Below are positions 37,834 to 51,041 of a stretch of 64,000 nucleotides of DNA, piece by piece. Numbering within the stretch: position 1 is the stretch's first letter; every line of letters begins with the position of its first letter. Under the pieces are notes generated by a model. It made no database searches. It saw nothing but the letters and a program-made list of their open reading frames with translations, and was not told the origin of the DNA. The position numbers were made by a program, and so were the translations under genes. Source of the stretch: Podarcis pityusensis (lineage: Eukaryota); the NCBI GenBank assembly GCA_964106645.2, contig OZ067039.1. One strand, given 5' to 3'.

Positions 37834-38410
37834 TAATAATACTAATAATACTACCACTAATAAATTTTATTTATACCCCCGTCCCCAGCCCAAACTGGGC
37901 TCAGAGCAGCTAACATCAAATATATAACATATTACCATAAAATCAAGCAATCAATTAAAATACATCCTAAAATCAAATCAGAATCAAAATGAAATCTAAT
38001 CAGATGGCAACTTGCAAATTAGGGATGGGGACTTTAAATGCTCACCAGGCCTAACTGTTTATACTGATCTTATATGAGCCTGTGAGAAAAGTTGGGGGGC
38101 TACTTTCATGCAAGTTCTTATAAGGAGAGAGGGGGAGTCAGACTGGACCCAGCCAAAGGCCTGGTGGAACAGCCCCGTCTTGCAGGCCCTGCGGAAATAT
38201 GTCAGACCCTGCAGGGCCCTGGTCTCTTGTGACAGAGCATTCCACCAGGCCGGGCCACAGCCGAAAAGGCCTTGGCCCTGGTCGAGGCCAGTCTAATCTC
38301 CTTGAGGCCCGGGACCTCCAAGATGTTAATATTTGTGGACCATAAGGTCCTCTGTGGAGCATACCAGGAGAGGCGGTCCCATAGGTATGAGGGTCCTAGG
38401 CCGTAGGAAG
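37834..38410 (-). mobile_element. L2 LINE 3' fragment (family B)
   Basis: Minus ORF GLGPSYLWDRLSWYAPQRTL...LEVPGLKEIRLASTRAKAFS, then 3' UTR and tail. Homologous to 47684-48232 and 58650-59144. Confidence 0.88.
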
Positions 38411-41400
38411 CATTGCAGAACAAGAGATAAGGGAAAGCAGTCGTGATCTGGGTTGCTCTTTGACTTTGTAACTGTTTCCTTGCTTTGTTGCCTATATTTG
38501 GGTGAAAATCTTTGGCTTTAATGGGGTCAACTCTTTGGCGATTCCCTCTGGACACTGAACTGAGGATAAGTTCTTGCTACTTGCAATTCACATCTTGGCC
38601 GAGTGGGTTCCCTGTCAGAGCAGAAGTGTTGCACGCCTCTTCGTCTTGCCTCGTCTGATGCAGCATGGCTGAGATTGGCTTGGATGTTAGTGTGTTAGCA
38701 AGGACGGCTTCCACAGCTCCCATCACTTCTTCTTATACGTGTTCTTACACAAGTGCGATGACAGGGTAAGTCACCTTTTACTGTTCCTTCGTGGCTTGAC
38801 CTCTGTGGTTCCTATGGTAACGACCAGCACATGTGACTAAAACTGTGGAGACTTCCAGATTGGGAGGAAAATCTCCCATAAATCACAAGTGAAGTGGAGG
38901 TACAGGCAGCAGTGAAACGGGGGGAGGAATGGGGAGGCTTTGGGAATGAAGGACTGCTTCTGTCGATGCAAACTGCGCTGGCTGGTTCTGCCATAATTCT
39001 TGGAGCCTTTTGATAGTCGCAGAAGATTCAGTTACGCTGCATGCCCCCAGTAGGGGCACTGCATTTTTAACTTTGACTCCACCTGCTTGGCCAAGGCATG
39101 CAAAAGCTACAGACAGGCTGCTGCTGAGTCCCACTTTATCCCCCTCGTTCTCTTTTTGAAATGAGGAGTAAATGCAGGTGACCTCATGATTGAATCAAGT
39201 CTGCTGAGAAGGATGGAGGTGCGATTCAGGCAGGCCTTGGTGATCAAAAGCGAATAGAATGAAATTTGAGATGGAATTCATTCAAGGGTGAGGGTATGTG
39301 TGAGTGGCAGGGGCCTGTTACAGGTTTCTTGCTGCTAATGCGAAAACAAACAAATCTGTGGCAACACTTTGTAAAGGGACCATTCTGAGTCACCCCATAT
39401 TTATTTCCCAGTAGATTATTTGAACATGTGCCTCAATGGCAGGAGCTAATCCCAAACCCACCAAGGGCAAGAGGAAGCTTGTATGGGATGCTGTGATTAA
39501 AGCGATGTCTCGCAGTCTTGATTGTGTCTGAATTAGATGTAAGCAGTACAGTGTGAGGTAAACAAACTGGCAGATCAGGATCACCGCAGTAATCTGTGGG
39601 TGTGTTACATTATTGCAAACAATCAAAGGCTGTGTTCATCAAAGGGCAGCCCAGATAGGGGGTGGCATACGGTGAGGATTTAGGCATGCAGCTGGGTTTA
39701 CTGGCTAAAGAATCTAGTCAACCAGTATGGGGAGACCTGTGTGCTAATCCCATCTTAGGCCACAATGGTAAAAACATTGGGGGTTTAATGTGGTGTTTCA
39801 AAATTGATGAGTTTTATAGCTTCTCAGCCTTATCCTCCACTAGAACTCATCAGAGAAGTCTTGCGTAGCTGACATCATTAGCATAATCTACTCAAGGGGA
39901 ATCAAAGAATATTTGAGGGACGAAGAAAGAGCTGTGGGTCAGGAATCAGGAACACACTTGCAGTTGGCTGTGAAGGCTTCAGAGAGCAGCTTCAGATTGT
40001 GGTGTGATGTCAATCGAAGACCCGGAATTGGATGGGGTAAAGGAAATGGATGCCACTGGTCAGTCCGGGTAGTTAGTAGGTCTGGTTACAAATATTTTCA
40101 GAATATCAGAAGTGGGAATATGAGTGTTGAACATTCGAGCAACATAGCCCAAGGTTCTAAGATCAACTCCAGGCATTAACTTCTACTTTTCCCACCAGCC
40201 AACATTTTATTTGCCTCATTGTGGTTTGTATAATGTTGGAAACCTGTTTATCTTGATGCAGATCAGTTTCCTTTGCTTTTCATTGTGCCCTCCACACCAA
40301 GTTATGGAGCAAAAGGAGGAGCTGCATTGTAGCCCCAAAGGTTTTGCATTGTGCACTTTAAAAAGCAGCAGTGAGGACGGCAAACCTTCCTACCAGTTTG
40401 TTCTTTCCATTCTTTGTTCCAGGAAGCTGAGGAGGACAAATCTGAGGATACATAGCATGATAATAATCGGACAACAAAGATTTCTGAAACAGCAGGGCAT
40501 AGTGGAAGAGTTATCAATGGGTACAATACAACCCAAGATTGCCTAAAGGGCTGGATTTGACAGCTGATGCCTAAAATGTCTTCATAGCGTAGAATATATT
40601 TTAGCAGAGACATTGTGATTGCAGAACCCATTTGCTAATGCTAAACATCCTTGTGGCAACTACAGCAATTGCCTACATGAAAAGCAATAACAGGAAAGCT
40701 ATTGAATTTATTTTCAGCATCCTTTTAATGTAATTTAGCAGCTGGAAGTAGGAAAGGGAACCAGCACCATGTGACAAGGTATTTCATTTCAGATCAGGAG
40801 TTGAGGAATGAGAGTGGATGGTTAGCAATATTCGGCTTGAGATTTCCACCCTGCCAGTTTAATTGATCAATAATACAAGTAGTTGAGCATAAACAGACTG
40901 AAAACCTCTGATACAGGCAACTCCAGATTTATAAGTACTCTCACTTTTTATATATATAGAAAAAACCTTTACTGCAACAACATAATAACATTCTGGTCCT
41001 GTGAGCTAGTACCTGTTGGATTAAGCACAAGGACTATGGCACCAGCCTAATTTAACAATTTGTGACATTGTATTGCTCATCAGCGGTGTGTATTGCTGTG
41101 CCAGAAACATCTATCTCTCTCTATCACCACCCCGCCAAAAAGAAAAAAAAATATTCCACAGAGGAAAGAAGATACAGCTACAGATGACTCAGCCCTACTT
41201 CTTTTCTTGCCTCCATCCTCCTCTGGCCTCTATAATTGACAAACTCATTGGAAGAACAAATGTTGTTTTAATTTAATTTTCAGACAAACAATAGTCCAGG
41301 GACAATGTTAAATTCATGAAACTGGCATAATGTGATGAAATTTAATGAGGCAAATTGTGCTCTGCCATGGGCTTTTGCAGTGTGCTTGCCCCTAGCTGTG

Positions 41401-41971
41401 TGAGATCTTGCTTTCGCTGGAAGCAAGAGGTCACACTGCCTCACTAGTACTTCCCTCCCATTTCCCTGCAAGTGTGGCATCTTCCTTTCCCCATTGTAAA
41501 TGCAATTCTGAGAACTTGTGTGCATACATTGGCAAACACATTTCGTTGGATTAATGTAATGTTTACAAGTGTGGGTGATCACTGTATTCACTGCAGCATA
41601 CACTTTTTTAATAGAATGTGGACTCGTATTTGATTAAAATAAGCTGAACACCGCCAAAGAAGAAGGCAACTACTGTGTATGAGGTTTTCACAGATGATGG
41701 GATGCAACACATAGAGGCTAAGAATGGAAACAAAAACGTCATCCTATGTTTTTATAGCTCCAGATGTCTTCAGGTGGCTTTGCTGATGTGTCTTAGGGCT
41801 GGTGTAATATATGTATTCATACTGATCAACATTATCTAAAAACAGGCAATTGCTTCTTGAGTCATATAAAATCATTTCCCATTGATGTCACTGTATGTTA
41901 CTTAAACCCCTCCCCCCAAAAAGCCAACCTTTACATGGCGGGGCAGGAGTTAAAATAAAGTATACACTACC

Positions 41972-42349
41972 CAGTGGCGGAGCATATGCCCACGCTGCCC
42001 AGGGTGGGCACGCTTCCAAGGGGGGCGTGGCGTGGAGGGTGCCCTCCCAGGCGTGGGTAGCCGCACAGGTGCATGGAGTGGCACTCGCGCCCAGCAGCCG
42101 GGGGCAGAGTGAGCCGCCCATGGCGGACATTCAGCGCACTGCCCGCCCGCGACTCCCAAGCCTCCCTCAGCTGTCAAAACAAAGGGGGAAGGGGGGAATT
42201 CAGCCAGCAAAGTGGCATAGCTCCCCCCACCCCTGATGGCTCGGGACAGGTTTGGGAGTCACGGGTGGGCGATGCGCCAAATGTCACCCCCCCCAGCGAA
42301 GACACCCAGAGCGATCTGCCCCCACTGCACCCCCCTTCCTCTGCCCCTG
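41972..42349. mobile_element. GC/CpG-rich hAT (Tip100/Ac-like) non-autonomous element
   Basis: TIRs CAGTGGCGGAG / CTCTGCCCCTG, TSD ACACTACC / ACATTACC (7/8). Confidence 0.82.
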
Positions 42350-43529
42350 ACATTACCTCAACTTTCTACCTTTTCATCCCATCTTCTGAGGAATTGGAGG
42401 ACAAGTAGTTTTGCTTTCTCTTACAAAGGAAACTGTATTACCAGCACAGTTTAGCGGAATGATGTGTTGGTCAGGAGGGTGCTTTTCTTCCTGGCTGCAG
42501 GATGTTGAGCTGCTCCTAACCTGTGGATTTCTGTGAACAGGGCTGAATAGAAGTTGGCATAGCCTACCTCTTTCAGATTCCCATTGTATGTAGGTCCTAG
42601 AAGGTTCAAGCTTTTTTGTTTAGCATTTTCCCTCCAGTCACTTTCTTAATAGAAATGAATCCAACCAGGTGCTCCTGAAGTTGCTAGGTTTGTCTGAATC
42701 AGCAACTACATTTTAAAAATGGAGCTAATAATATAAAATATTCTTGGCCACAGAGGTCAGTTTAGGACAGGCTCTGAACAGAGTATTGAAAAGTTTTGTT
42801 TTCCCCTTCACCTTTCATTCGCTTCCTCCATCCCTTAACTTTGTTCTAATTAAAACCATGCTGAATATGCCTTTTTCTTCTACCTCTTCGGCCGACTTGA
42901 AGTCTCTTTGTTGGGGAAGAGCTCCAGGCATTATCTATTCCAACATGTGCAGCAGCAGGGACAGGCCTAGGCATTAGGAAGAGTTTGGAGGATTAACACT
43001 GATCTTGCTGCTAATTCTCCATTGTCCACCATCTCTAGAGCTGTTTCAGAGGGCAAGTTAAAGCAAGGTTTACCTAGTCCTGTCATAAAAGAAGGGTGCT
43101 TGGAGCAATGGGACTCTCCCCTCCCTTCCCCAGCAATAAATGGAAATATTTGTAGATGGAGAAAAACACATTAGCCATGTGGTATATATTATGCGTGTAT
43201 CCTCCAAGGATCCAGAAGGTAGATACCAAAAAACCCCTAAGAATTTGCTTCATTTTGCCCTCCTCTGACCAGCACTAGTTCATCTTGCATGATCATTCTG
43301 GGCTCTGAAGGCCTTGTTTATACTACAGGTTCAGTGACCTACACTGCTGTTTCTCAACCTATTGTGTGTGACCCAGAAACAATCCAGCTTTCAAGGCATC
43401 TCTTATCGGTACAGAGGCTGTTCACCTTTGGCCTTTCAAAAAATAAACTCTTCCAAATGGCCCCTCTCCCAGTCAGAGGGCAGAAGGACAAAGTTCACTA
43501 GGGCTGATCCAGGCCAAGTGTTGTTTTGG

Positions 43530-43660
43530 AGTTTGTGTGTGAATGTAAAAAGTCCTGCTGAATCAAACCTAAGGCCCATCTAGACCCAACATCTAGTGGA
43601 TCCCTATGGGAAGCCTGTAAGCAGGCCATGAATACCCTCCCCACCCATGAATGTGATATA
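43530..43660 (-). mobile_element. CR1-type 3' UTR remnant
   Basis: CCTGCTGAATCAAACCTAAGGCCCATCTAG...GGGAAGCC...AAGCAGG resembles the reverse complement of a squamate CR1 3' end (cf. CCTGCTTGTGGG near 54280). Confidence 0.5.
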
Positions 43661-46108
43661 CAGGGACGTACTGTGGGTTTTCTTGGGGGTGGCACATATT
43701 TGAGGGCGCATACTGCAGTTGGAGCCTAATGCATATCTGTGTGTATGAGGGAGCTGGCAGGTGGCCTGTGAGACTGTTCTAGGGATAACACATCAATAGC
43801 TTGCTTGTTGGAGGACATGAAAGACAAATGCGCTTTCTTTCTTAGTAATGTATTACTGACTTAATGGTCAATATCAAGGTCTCGCTTGTAAAAGCTGAAT
43901 AAATGACACCTAGGTGTGTTTATGCATGGGTTATAAATGGCTAGAAATGCATCAACAGACGGTGTTACAGATGGTTATTAGCCAAGTTTGTCAGCAAGCT
44001 GTTACCCTGGCGTATTCTTTTTATCATCCTATAGCAATTGATGAATCAGTTATTAAAGTATTTGATAATCATTGATGAAATCACTTCATTAATCAACTGT
44101 CCCATTAATAAGTGGGATTTTAAGCTTAAAGTGTGATTTTTCGTGACACAGTTTCTCCTCTTACTCACATGAAGCAGCTGCAATAGCGCTGAATTCAGCA
44201 GAAGACAAATGTACAGTGATGCACACTGGGATATATACACAAACACATTCCCAACATTAGATTGCATTATAGTCTGACCAAGAAACAGAACAATATAGAA
44301 TTGTGCAGGTACAGAGGCTATGCATAGATAGGAACAAGTCTGGTTCTTTGTGGATGGGATTACCAGTTCATGAGCGTGGGGTGCGGATTAAATTTCCAGC
44401 AGTGTCCCCAAGTGCACCACATTTTATTCCCCCCCCCCAATAGCTGTGCATGGCAGCCATTCATTTATATGGGGAAAAAGTAAGTGGTCACTGCTGTGAT
44501 GGGAAAAACAACAACTCTGTCCTATATCCCAAACACTTGGGTGGCTGAGCTGCCCCTGAAAAATATCCCACAGGGGATTCAGGCTGCCAAACAGTCCCTC
44601 TAGCCATCGTAATGCTGGGCATTTGCTAATATAAATATTCCAGTATAATAGATCTATAAAAGATCACCCACTAAACCCTGGTCAGCATATTGTGATGCAA
44701 CTTCAGTGATTCAAACTAGTAGATCTTCATCATATCTATATCTATCTGTGTGGAGGAGGATCAAAACATCACATTGTTATGTAGTGTGTAAAACAGGAAA
44801 TGAGAAGACAGATTCTGGGTTATATTCAGATATTTGCTGCTGATATGACATGAAATGCAGATGAGAATAGCTCACAAGGGAGAGAGGTAAGGGTAAGTGA
44901 GTGCTATCCCTGTCTGAAAGGTGTGAAGATGATAATTTGCTGCATTTTCATGGTGGGTGGGCACAGCCCCCTCTCCCAGGCCTGAGTTAAAACACCTGGC
45001 TCTGTTTAGCATAAAGAGTCTTTGTTTCTTATTAAAGTTAATTAAATCTAAATAGCCGTCATTTAAAGAGAAATGCCAGTGAAATTTTCATATACGGTAA
45101 AAACAAAACAAAAAAACCAATGGGAAAATACAGACATACTCTGTACTGTATGTTTGTAAAGCTCCCCCAAATAATCCTGTGTTGCAGCCAGCCAAGTTGA
45201 CCATAGCTGGAATTGCTTGTGGAAAATAGTAATAGTCACACTTCCAGAGCACTGTTCATTAAAAAGCATCTCGGCCTCATGATAATTGGGGTGGGGGTAC
45301 AAATGGAGAAACTAAGTAAGAGCAGAGTGAAGTCACACAGCAATGGAATCAGAGCTGGCATCAGAAGTGGGAAGGTTCTGGCTCCTGATCCTGTGCACAG
45401 ACATGGAGCCCACACAGCTAGTGCTGCAAAGGTAACTTGGGTGAGATTTCATGGGCTGCATTGGATGGAACAGTGTGGCAAGGCTGGCTTTGGCATAGCA
45501 TGCTTCACTTCTTTTAATCAGCTGTAGGTTTTGTAGAATAAATTGGCCTTTTATGAACGGAACCTAGGAAGAAGAGGACCTGCCCTGTGGCATTTTATTT
45601 AAACTGGCAGCAATGAGGTCTTTAAGCCGTGATTCAAAATTCCAGGGGAGCCATGCATTTGGAATGGGTGTGATTTCTGCACTTCACAGACACTTGGACC
45701 TATGTGTGTGAAGAAGTTTTGAGAACTTTGTGGATACTAATTATGAACAGGAGGCACTGTAGCAAACAAGTCTAAGGCCCAAATGAATTGTGACATTCAG
45801 TTGCATGTATATTTCCCCTTTAAATAAATACCGAAGCAGTGAGTTTGAGCAGATAAATACTTGGAAGAAGGCAGGCCTTTACTTTAGGATTGTACCTTGA
45901 GATTGTAAACTGTCAATTAACCAATCAATAGCAAATCCACATTGTTTAAGTTGCTAATGAATAAATGTAGAATTTAGAAGCCTTGTTTTTGAGTTGCTAG
46001 GGGCACATCCAGTAATGGCATTACTGTTTGTGTAGGCATGCAGTGAGCGTCGATTCCCCATATGATGTCTTTGCAGGCAAGTATTGTTCTTACACCTTTG
46101 TATGACAA

Positions 46109-46196
46109 GGCTGCATTGCTATGCTCACTAACCTGGAAGTCAGCTCCATTGAACTTGATGGGGCATGCTTCTGAGTAGATTTGCATAGAATTACAC
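46109..46196. mobile_element. Short palindromic MITE (GGCTGCAATCC...CCCATTGAACT type)
   Basis: Degenerate palindrome centred on CCATTGAACTTGATGG. Related pieces near 55845-55925 and 57500-57590. Confidence 0.55.
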
Positions 46197-47011
46197 TTTT
46201 AATTGGTGTAACATGAGGAGAAATGCTACCTGAAAACTCGCTGTGTAAATCTGCTGTGAAGTTCTGGTGTTGCCAGTGTGCCCACCAGTACTTTCTATGG
46301 TGCCTGAGAAAAAAATCCACAATACATGAGAGAATGTTTGCTGTTCCAGTTCAGCTCCTGTTTGCACTGACTCAGGCTCCCAACATTGAGCATGCCCATT
46401 TAGATGAGCCCACATTTTGCTAGATGCCAGAATTGGATATCTGCTGCTTTCACTGTTCTGATCAGAAGAGAGGTACAAAGATCTTCTCCTTGTGAGTGTG
46501 TCCTCATTGGATGTAAATGCCTTTTCCTCAATTGATGGGGCAGCTGATTACGGGGTTTTGGGGGTGGTACACAGCACCATTTTGTGGTTCTGTCTTTTTT
46601 TCTGCTCTTTTAGATGCAGTAGCCATTTTATATTATGCCACCCCCCCAATAGCAGCCATTTTGTAGCACAATTATTCATTTTCACTGGGAAGCAACTTTA
46701 TTATTATTATTATTGTGTCCCAGAAGTTGCATCCCCAAACTGAGAATTAAAGGTATTGAATTACTTGGGATCTTCTCCCTAATATCAATGTTAGACAGCA
46801 ATGCTTTGTATCTAAGCCTGTATATTTGGTTGCATTAAATATAGAGAATGGATGTTTCTTAATGTTTATTTGATTAATAAGAAAAATAAATAATAAAATA
46901 TTATTATTTTATTATGTTTAAGGGGGGAAATAATTTTTTTGTCCTAGAATTCATATAAGCATCAACAAAATGTTTAAAGAGGTGTACAACAGTTGTGACA
47001 CATTTCATTAT

Positions 47012-47229
47012 CTCGTAATCTCGTAATCTGGGGAACCGGGTTCACGTCCACATGCAGCTGCTGGGTGACCTTGGGCCAGTCACACTTCTTTGAAGTCTCT
47101 CAGCCCCACTCACCTCACAGAGTGTTTGTTGTGGGGGAGGAAGGGAAAGGAGAAAGTTAGCCGCTTTGAGACTCCTTAAAGGGAGTGAAAGGCGGGATAT
47201 CAAATCCAAACTCCTCCTCTTCTTCTTCC
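47012..47229 (+). mobile_element. tRNA-derived, L2-type SINE (Squam2/SINE2-like), 5'-truncated
   Basis: GGGAACCGGGTTC B-box remnant, GGGTGACCTTGGGCCAGTCAC core, AGCCGCTTTGAGACTCC...GGCGGGATAT 3' stem, (CTT)n tail. Confidence 0.8.
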
Positions 47230-47683
47230 TATTTCTGAAATCTGTTTTAAAACATTATCTGTGTACTAAAATTTACTTTAATCTCAAACTGAGTTTCATT
47301 GGTACCAATTTAGCAGGATGCTACAATCTGACTCTTGGCAGATTCATAAAATCAATCTGTTACTGTGTATTAATTAATCTGGGATGACTTCCATTTCATG
47401 ATTCTGTTTGTTTACTAACATGCAACAGTATCACCCTTCTTATAATTATTCATTGAAAGACTGGGGGGAATTCCACCTTTTTACCACCTGTTGGGATACA
47501 ACTCTACTTGCACTGGAGGCGGATGTGTTTGCATGGGAAAGAGTAGAAGGAAAAAGGAAACGCCCTATTTATTAGACCACTGTCAGGACCCACTAGTGGG
47601 TTGTTACCTGATTCAAGGTGATCAGGTTGCAACTGGAGTAAAGCCATCATGCAAATAGATGGTAAAAGATTAAGAAGTGAGTC

Positions 47684-48232
47684 TAATAATAACAATAACA
47701 ATATTTTATTTATTCCCCAGCCAGGGCCAGCCTCAGTGCTGCTAACACCAAATATAAATTACAATAAAACATAATAGAAAAAAACCAAAAACACTTCATT
47801 AAAGTACGGCTTAAAATACAGCTGAAAATGCAGCCTCATTTTAGTAGTAGCCCATAAATCAAGACCATAAAGGGAGGAAACGTCAGATATTCACCTGAGC
47901 CAGCTATCCATGCTGGTCCTACATGGGCCAGCAAAAAGCCAAGGGAAAATTTATATGCCAAATCCCATATAAGGGGTCAGAGTGAGTCTGAGCCAAAGGT
48001 CAGATGGAACAGCTCCATCTTGCAGGCCCTGCGGAAAGATGTCAAATCCCACAGGGCCCTGGTCTCTTGTGACAGAGTACTCCACCAAACTGGGGCCAGT
48101 GCTGAAAAGGCCCTGGCCCTAGTTGAGACCAATCTCACCTCCTTGAGGCTCAGGACCTCCAAAGTGTTGTTATTTATGGACCTTAAGGTCCTCCCCGGGG
48201 CATACCAGGAGAGGCGGTCCCATAGGTATGAG
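47684..48232 (-). mobile_element. L2 LINE 3' fragment (family B)
   Basis: Minus ORF EVLSLKEVRLVSTRARAFSALAPVWWSTLSQETRALWDLTSFRRACKMELF, then 3' UTR and tail. Confidence 0.88.
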
Positions 48233-48329
48233 ATTCATGTGTGGGTTAAAAGTGAAGGTTGAAGATACCTGTCCTAGACTGCCCTTTCTGACCTACAACA
48301 GCAAGTATGGCTCAAGGCAACTCCACCTT

Positions 48330-48728
48330 CGTTAAGTAGAACGGGAGTCTCCTAAAAGCTCTCATCACCCATAGCAAGCTACAGTTCCCAGGATTCCTTG
48401 GGGGAAGCTGTGGCTGCTATAATAGTGCTTTGAATGTATGGTCTGATTGTAGCCTGAGACCCTGGGCTTGGAAAAAGAAAGAAAGCTATGCTTATTATAA
48501 AAAATATATTTTTCAGAGGAAAGACCCTAGCTCCCTCACACATTTTCAGTTCCCAGAGTGCTTTAGCAAAAGGGAACTCTGGGAATTATAGCTCTGGGTG
48601 GGGAATAGCAATTTCCAAACACCTCTCAGCACCCGTAACAAACTACAATTCCCAGAATTCTTTTGGGGAACCAATGACTGCTTAAAGTGGCAGCGTAGTG
48701 CTTTATATGTATGTTGTGGATGTGGCCT
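48330..48728. mobile_element. Two adjacent MITE fragments (possibly PIF/Harbinger)
   Basis: Two similar right ends, CTACAGTTCCCAGGATTC...TGCTTT.AATGTATG, ending GTAGCC and GTGGATGTGGCC. Confidence 0.6.
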
Positions 48729-48987
48729 CAGTATGATTATGGCCAGGGTAAAGTGGTGCTCCTCTAACTGGAATTCTGTATTAAGTTCAGCTTAATATGT
48801 TTCACTCCAAATGACTGTGTGTTCAGTGGACACTTGCAGATGCACTTCTTGGCTGTGTCTATATTCAGTTTAGTAACGGGACGTGTTGGTGCAATTAAGA
48901 GCAACCTCAAAAACAAAGGGCAGGCGTTCCCCTTCTTACAGGTGCTTCAGACTCCTGAGTTGCTCAAAGGTGGTTTTTCATATAAAG

Positions 48988-49125
48988 CAGGCTTCCTCAA
49001 CCTCAGCCCTCCAGATGTTTTTGAGACTACAATTCCCACCATCCCTGACCACTGGTCCTGCTAGCTAAGGATCATGGGAGTTGTAGGCCAAAAAACATCT
49101 GAAGGGCCGAGGATGAGGAAGCCTG
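48988..49125. mobile_element. hAT (Charlie/Buster-type) palindromic MITE
   Basis: TIRs CAGGCTTCCTCA / TGAGGAAGCCTG, perfect 8-bp TSD ATATAAAG. Confidence 0.93.
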
Positions 49126-49643
49126 ATATAAAGCCCCAATAAAGAATCTTCCTCTTGGCTCAGTATATGGTTCAGTTCATGCTCAACAGGCCTTGGTTTT
49201 GGAATTTTCTTCTTGATTCAAAGCCCCTCCTTTGTATTCCAGCCTGTACGTCTGTCCCTGGGGTGCATCATAGCCATGCAAATAATATTGTGCTTCAGTC
49301 TGAAAGAAAAACCTGGCTGGCATCCTCCTGCTCTGCAGGGACATAAAATGACGATAGAGTCAGCTTTGCTGTGAGCTTGGGTCAAGCGTGTGGCTATTAT
49401 CTGCTTCCCTATGTAACTGCGTACTGGGATAATGGTTGCTGGCAGATTTTTTTTTTTTTTAAGTGCTGTATTTCACAGGGTTTCCAGCCAAGTTATTCTC
49501 TCTGCCTGGACATAAACAGTAAAAGGGTGATTTCGGTGAAGAAACGTGAGTTTTAGCAGAGGAGTATTAGGTTTATTTCAACGAAGGAAGCTGTAATAGG
49601 GACATAAGTTTTGTGTTTCTTTTATTTAACAAAATGCCCTAAA

Positions 49644-49727
49644 ACCACCCTGGGAGTAGAATTGTAGGGCAGTATAAAAATGCTTCTAATAAACAAACAA
49701 ACAAACAAACAAACAAACAAACAAACA
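49644..49727 (+). repeat. L2/SINE-type 3' tail ending in an (AAAC)n microsatellite
   Basis: ACCACCCTGGG...AGGGCAGTATAAAAA followed by about 9 AAAC units. Confidence 0.7.
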
Positions 49728-50781
49728 AGACAATTTATGTTGAGAGAATTTATCTATAATGGCTCTTACACATCTCCTTAGATGTCTGGTAAGAGCCACC
49801 AAACTTGCTGATTTTCCCTTCCTGAAAACATCATACCTCCAAGGCATTTCAAAGCAGCACAGAGGCTGGAAGCTTCCAACCTTCAATTCCATGTTTATTT
49901 CCCAAAGGTCATTCTGCTTGTGTGTCTTCCTTTCTCTTGTTATGTTTATGAGTCTCCTGACAAGTGTGCATTTGTACCCTCGACATTTAAAATTAAGAAC
50001 GTGTTTCTTTTTAGCAAGTGCGGTTAAACATTTCCCTACTTCTTGTTACAAGTTTAATGCATAAAAAAGTAGAAGCATCTGGGAGTGAGAAATGGGGGAT
50101 TTCCAAGCTGCTAGAAAGTGTCTTGCCTTCTAACCCCGAGGGAGGGAAAGAGAAATTAAATATGGGAGGTAGAAGGGAAGGGACCAGCAGCTATAGGTAA
50201 TGTTCATCACTTAGGTGTTGTAGTGAGGTCTAGTAGAATTGTTAAGTTACAGGGAATTTTGGAAAGGCTGTCAAAATGGTTTCCATGAAATGTGGAGGGC
50301 AGAGAGGCGCTGAGTGCAGAAGCACTTTGCCTGGCAAAAACCCTCCAACACTGCCATTAAGAAGCAGAGGTTCTCCTGTTAATTAGAGCTTAAGTGGACT
50401 AAAGTACAGGTGCGTGCTAGAAGAGATCAGATCACAAACTGTGGAACAAACCAACTGCAAGGACTATAAGGTTCAAATTTGAGATAAGACTTCATTCGGT
50501 GCAAAAGACGGGAGGCGGGAGGGGAGCCTACAGTTTCTTTATTTAAAGTCTTCTTCTCTGCATTTATGATTCGGCAACCCTCCTCTGAATGTTACTTCAA
50601 ATTATATTTGTACAAGTGAGGATGGAAGAAATTGGATTATAAACATCAAATGGAACTGTGTGTGTAAAAAAAAAAAAAAAGGGAAAGGAGCTCTATTTGG
50701 CAAAAGGTTTACGATGGAAACTCAGAGCTGACTCTTCCCCATCCTTCCCCATTATCTGCGAAGGACTTGGAATTTAATTTA

Positions 50782-51041
50782 CCGTATTTTTTGCTCTATA
50801 AAACTCACTTTTTCCCTCCTAAAAAGTAAGGGGAAATGTGTGTGCATCTTATGGAGCGAATGCAGGCTGCGCAGCTATCCCAGAAGCCAGAACAGCAAGA
50901 GGGATTGCTTCTTTCACTGCGCAGCGATCCCTCTTGCTGTTCTGGCTTCTGAGATTCAGAATATTTTTTTTTCTTGTTTTCCCCCTCCAAAAACTAGGTG
51001 CCTCTTGTGGTCTGGTGCGTCTTATAGAGCGAAAAATACGG
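50782..51041. mobile_element. pogo/Tigger-type MITE
   Basis: TIRs CCGTATTTTTTGCTCTATAA / TTATAGAGCGAAAAATACGG, TA on both sides, internal 29-bp hairpin. Confidence 0.9.

Noticed and set aside
38666-38771. Kozak-context ATG with an open frame to a strong GG|GTAAGT donor (alternative first exon?)
   Set aside because: The donor is phase 2 relative to that ATG, whereas the next plexin exon needs phase 0. No other support.
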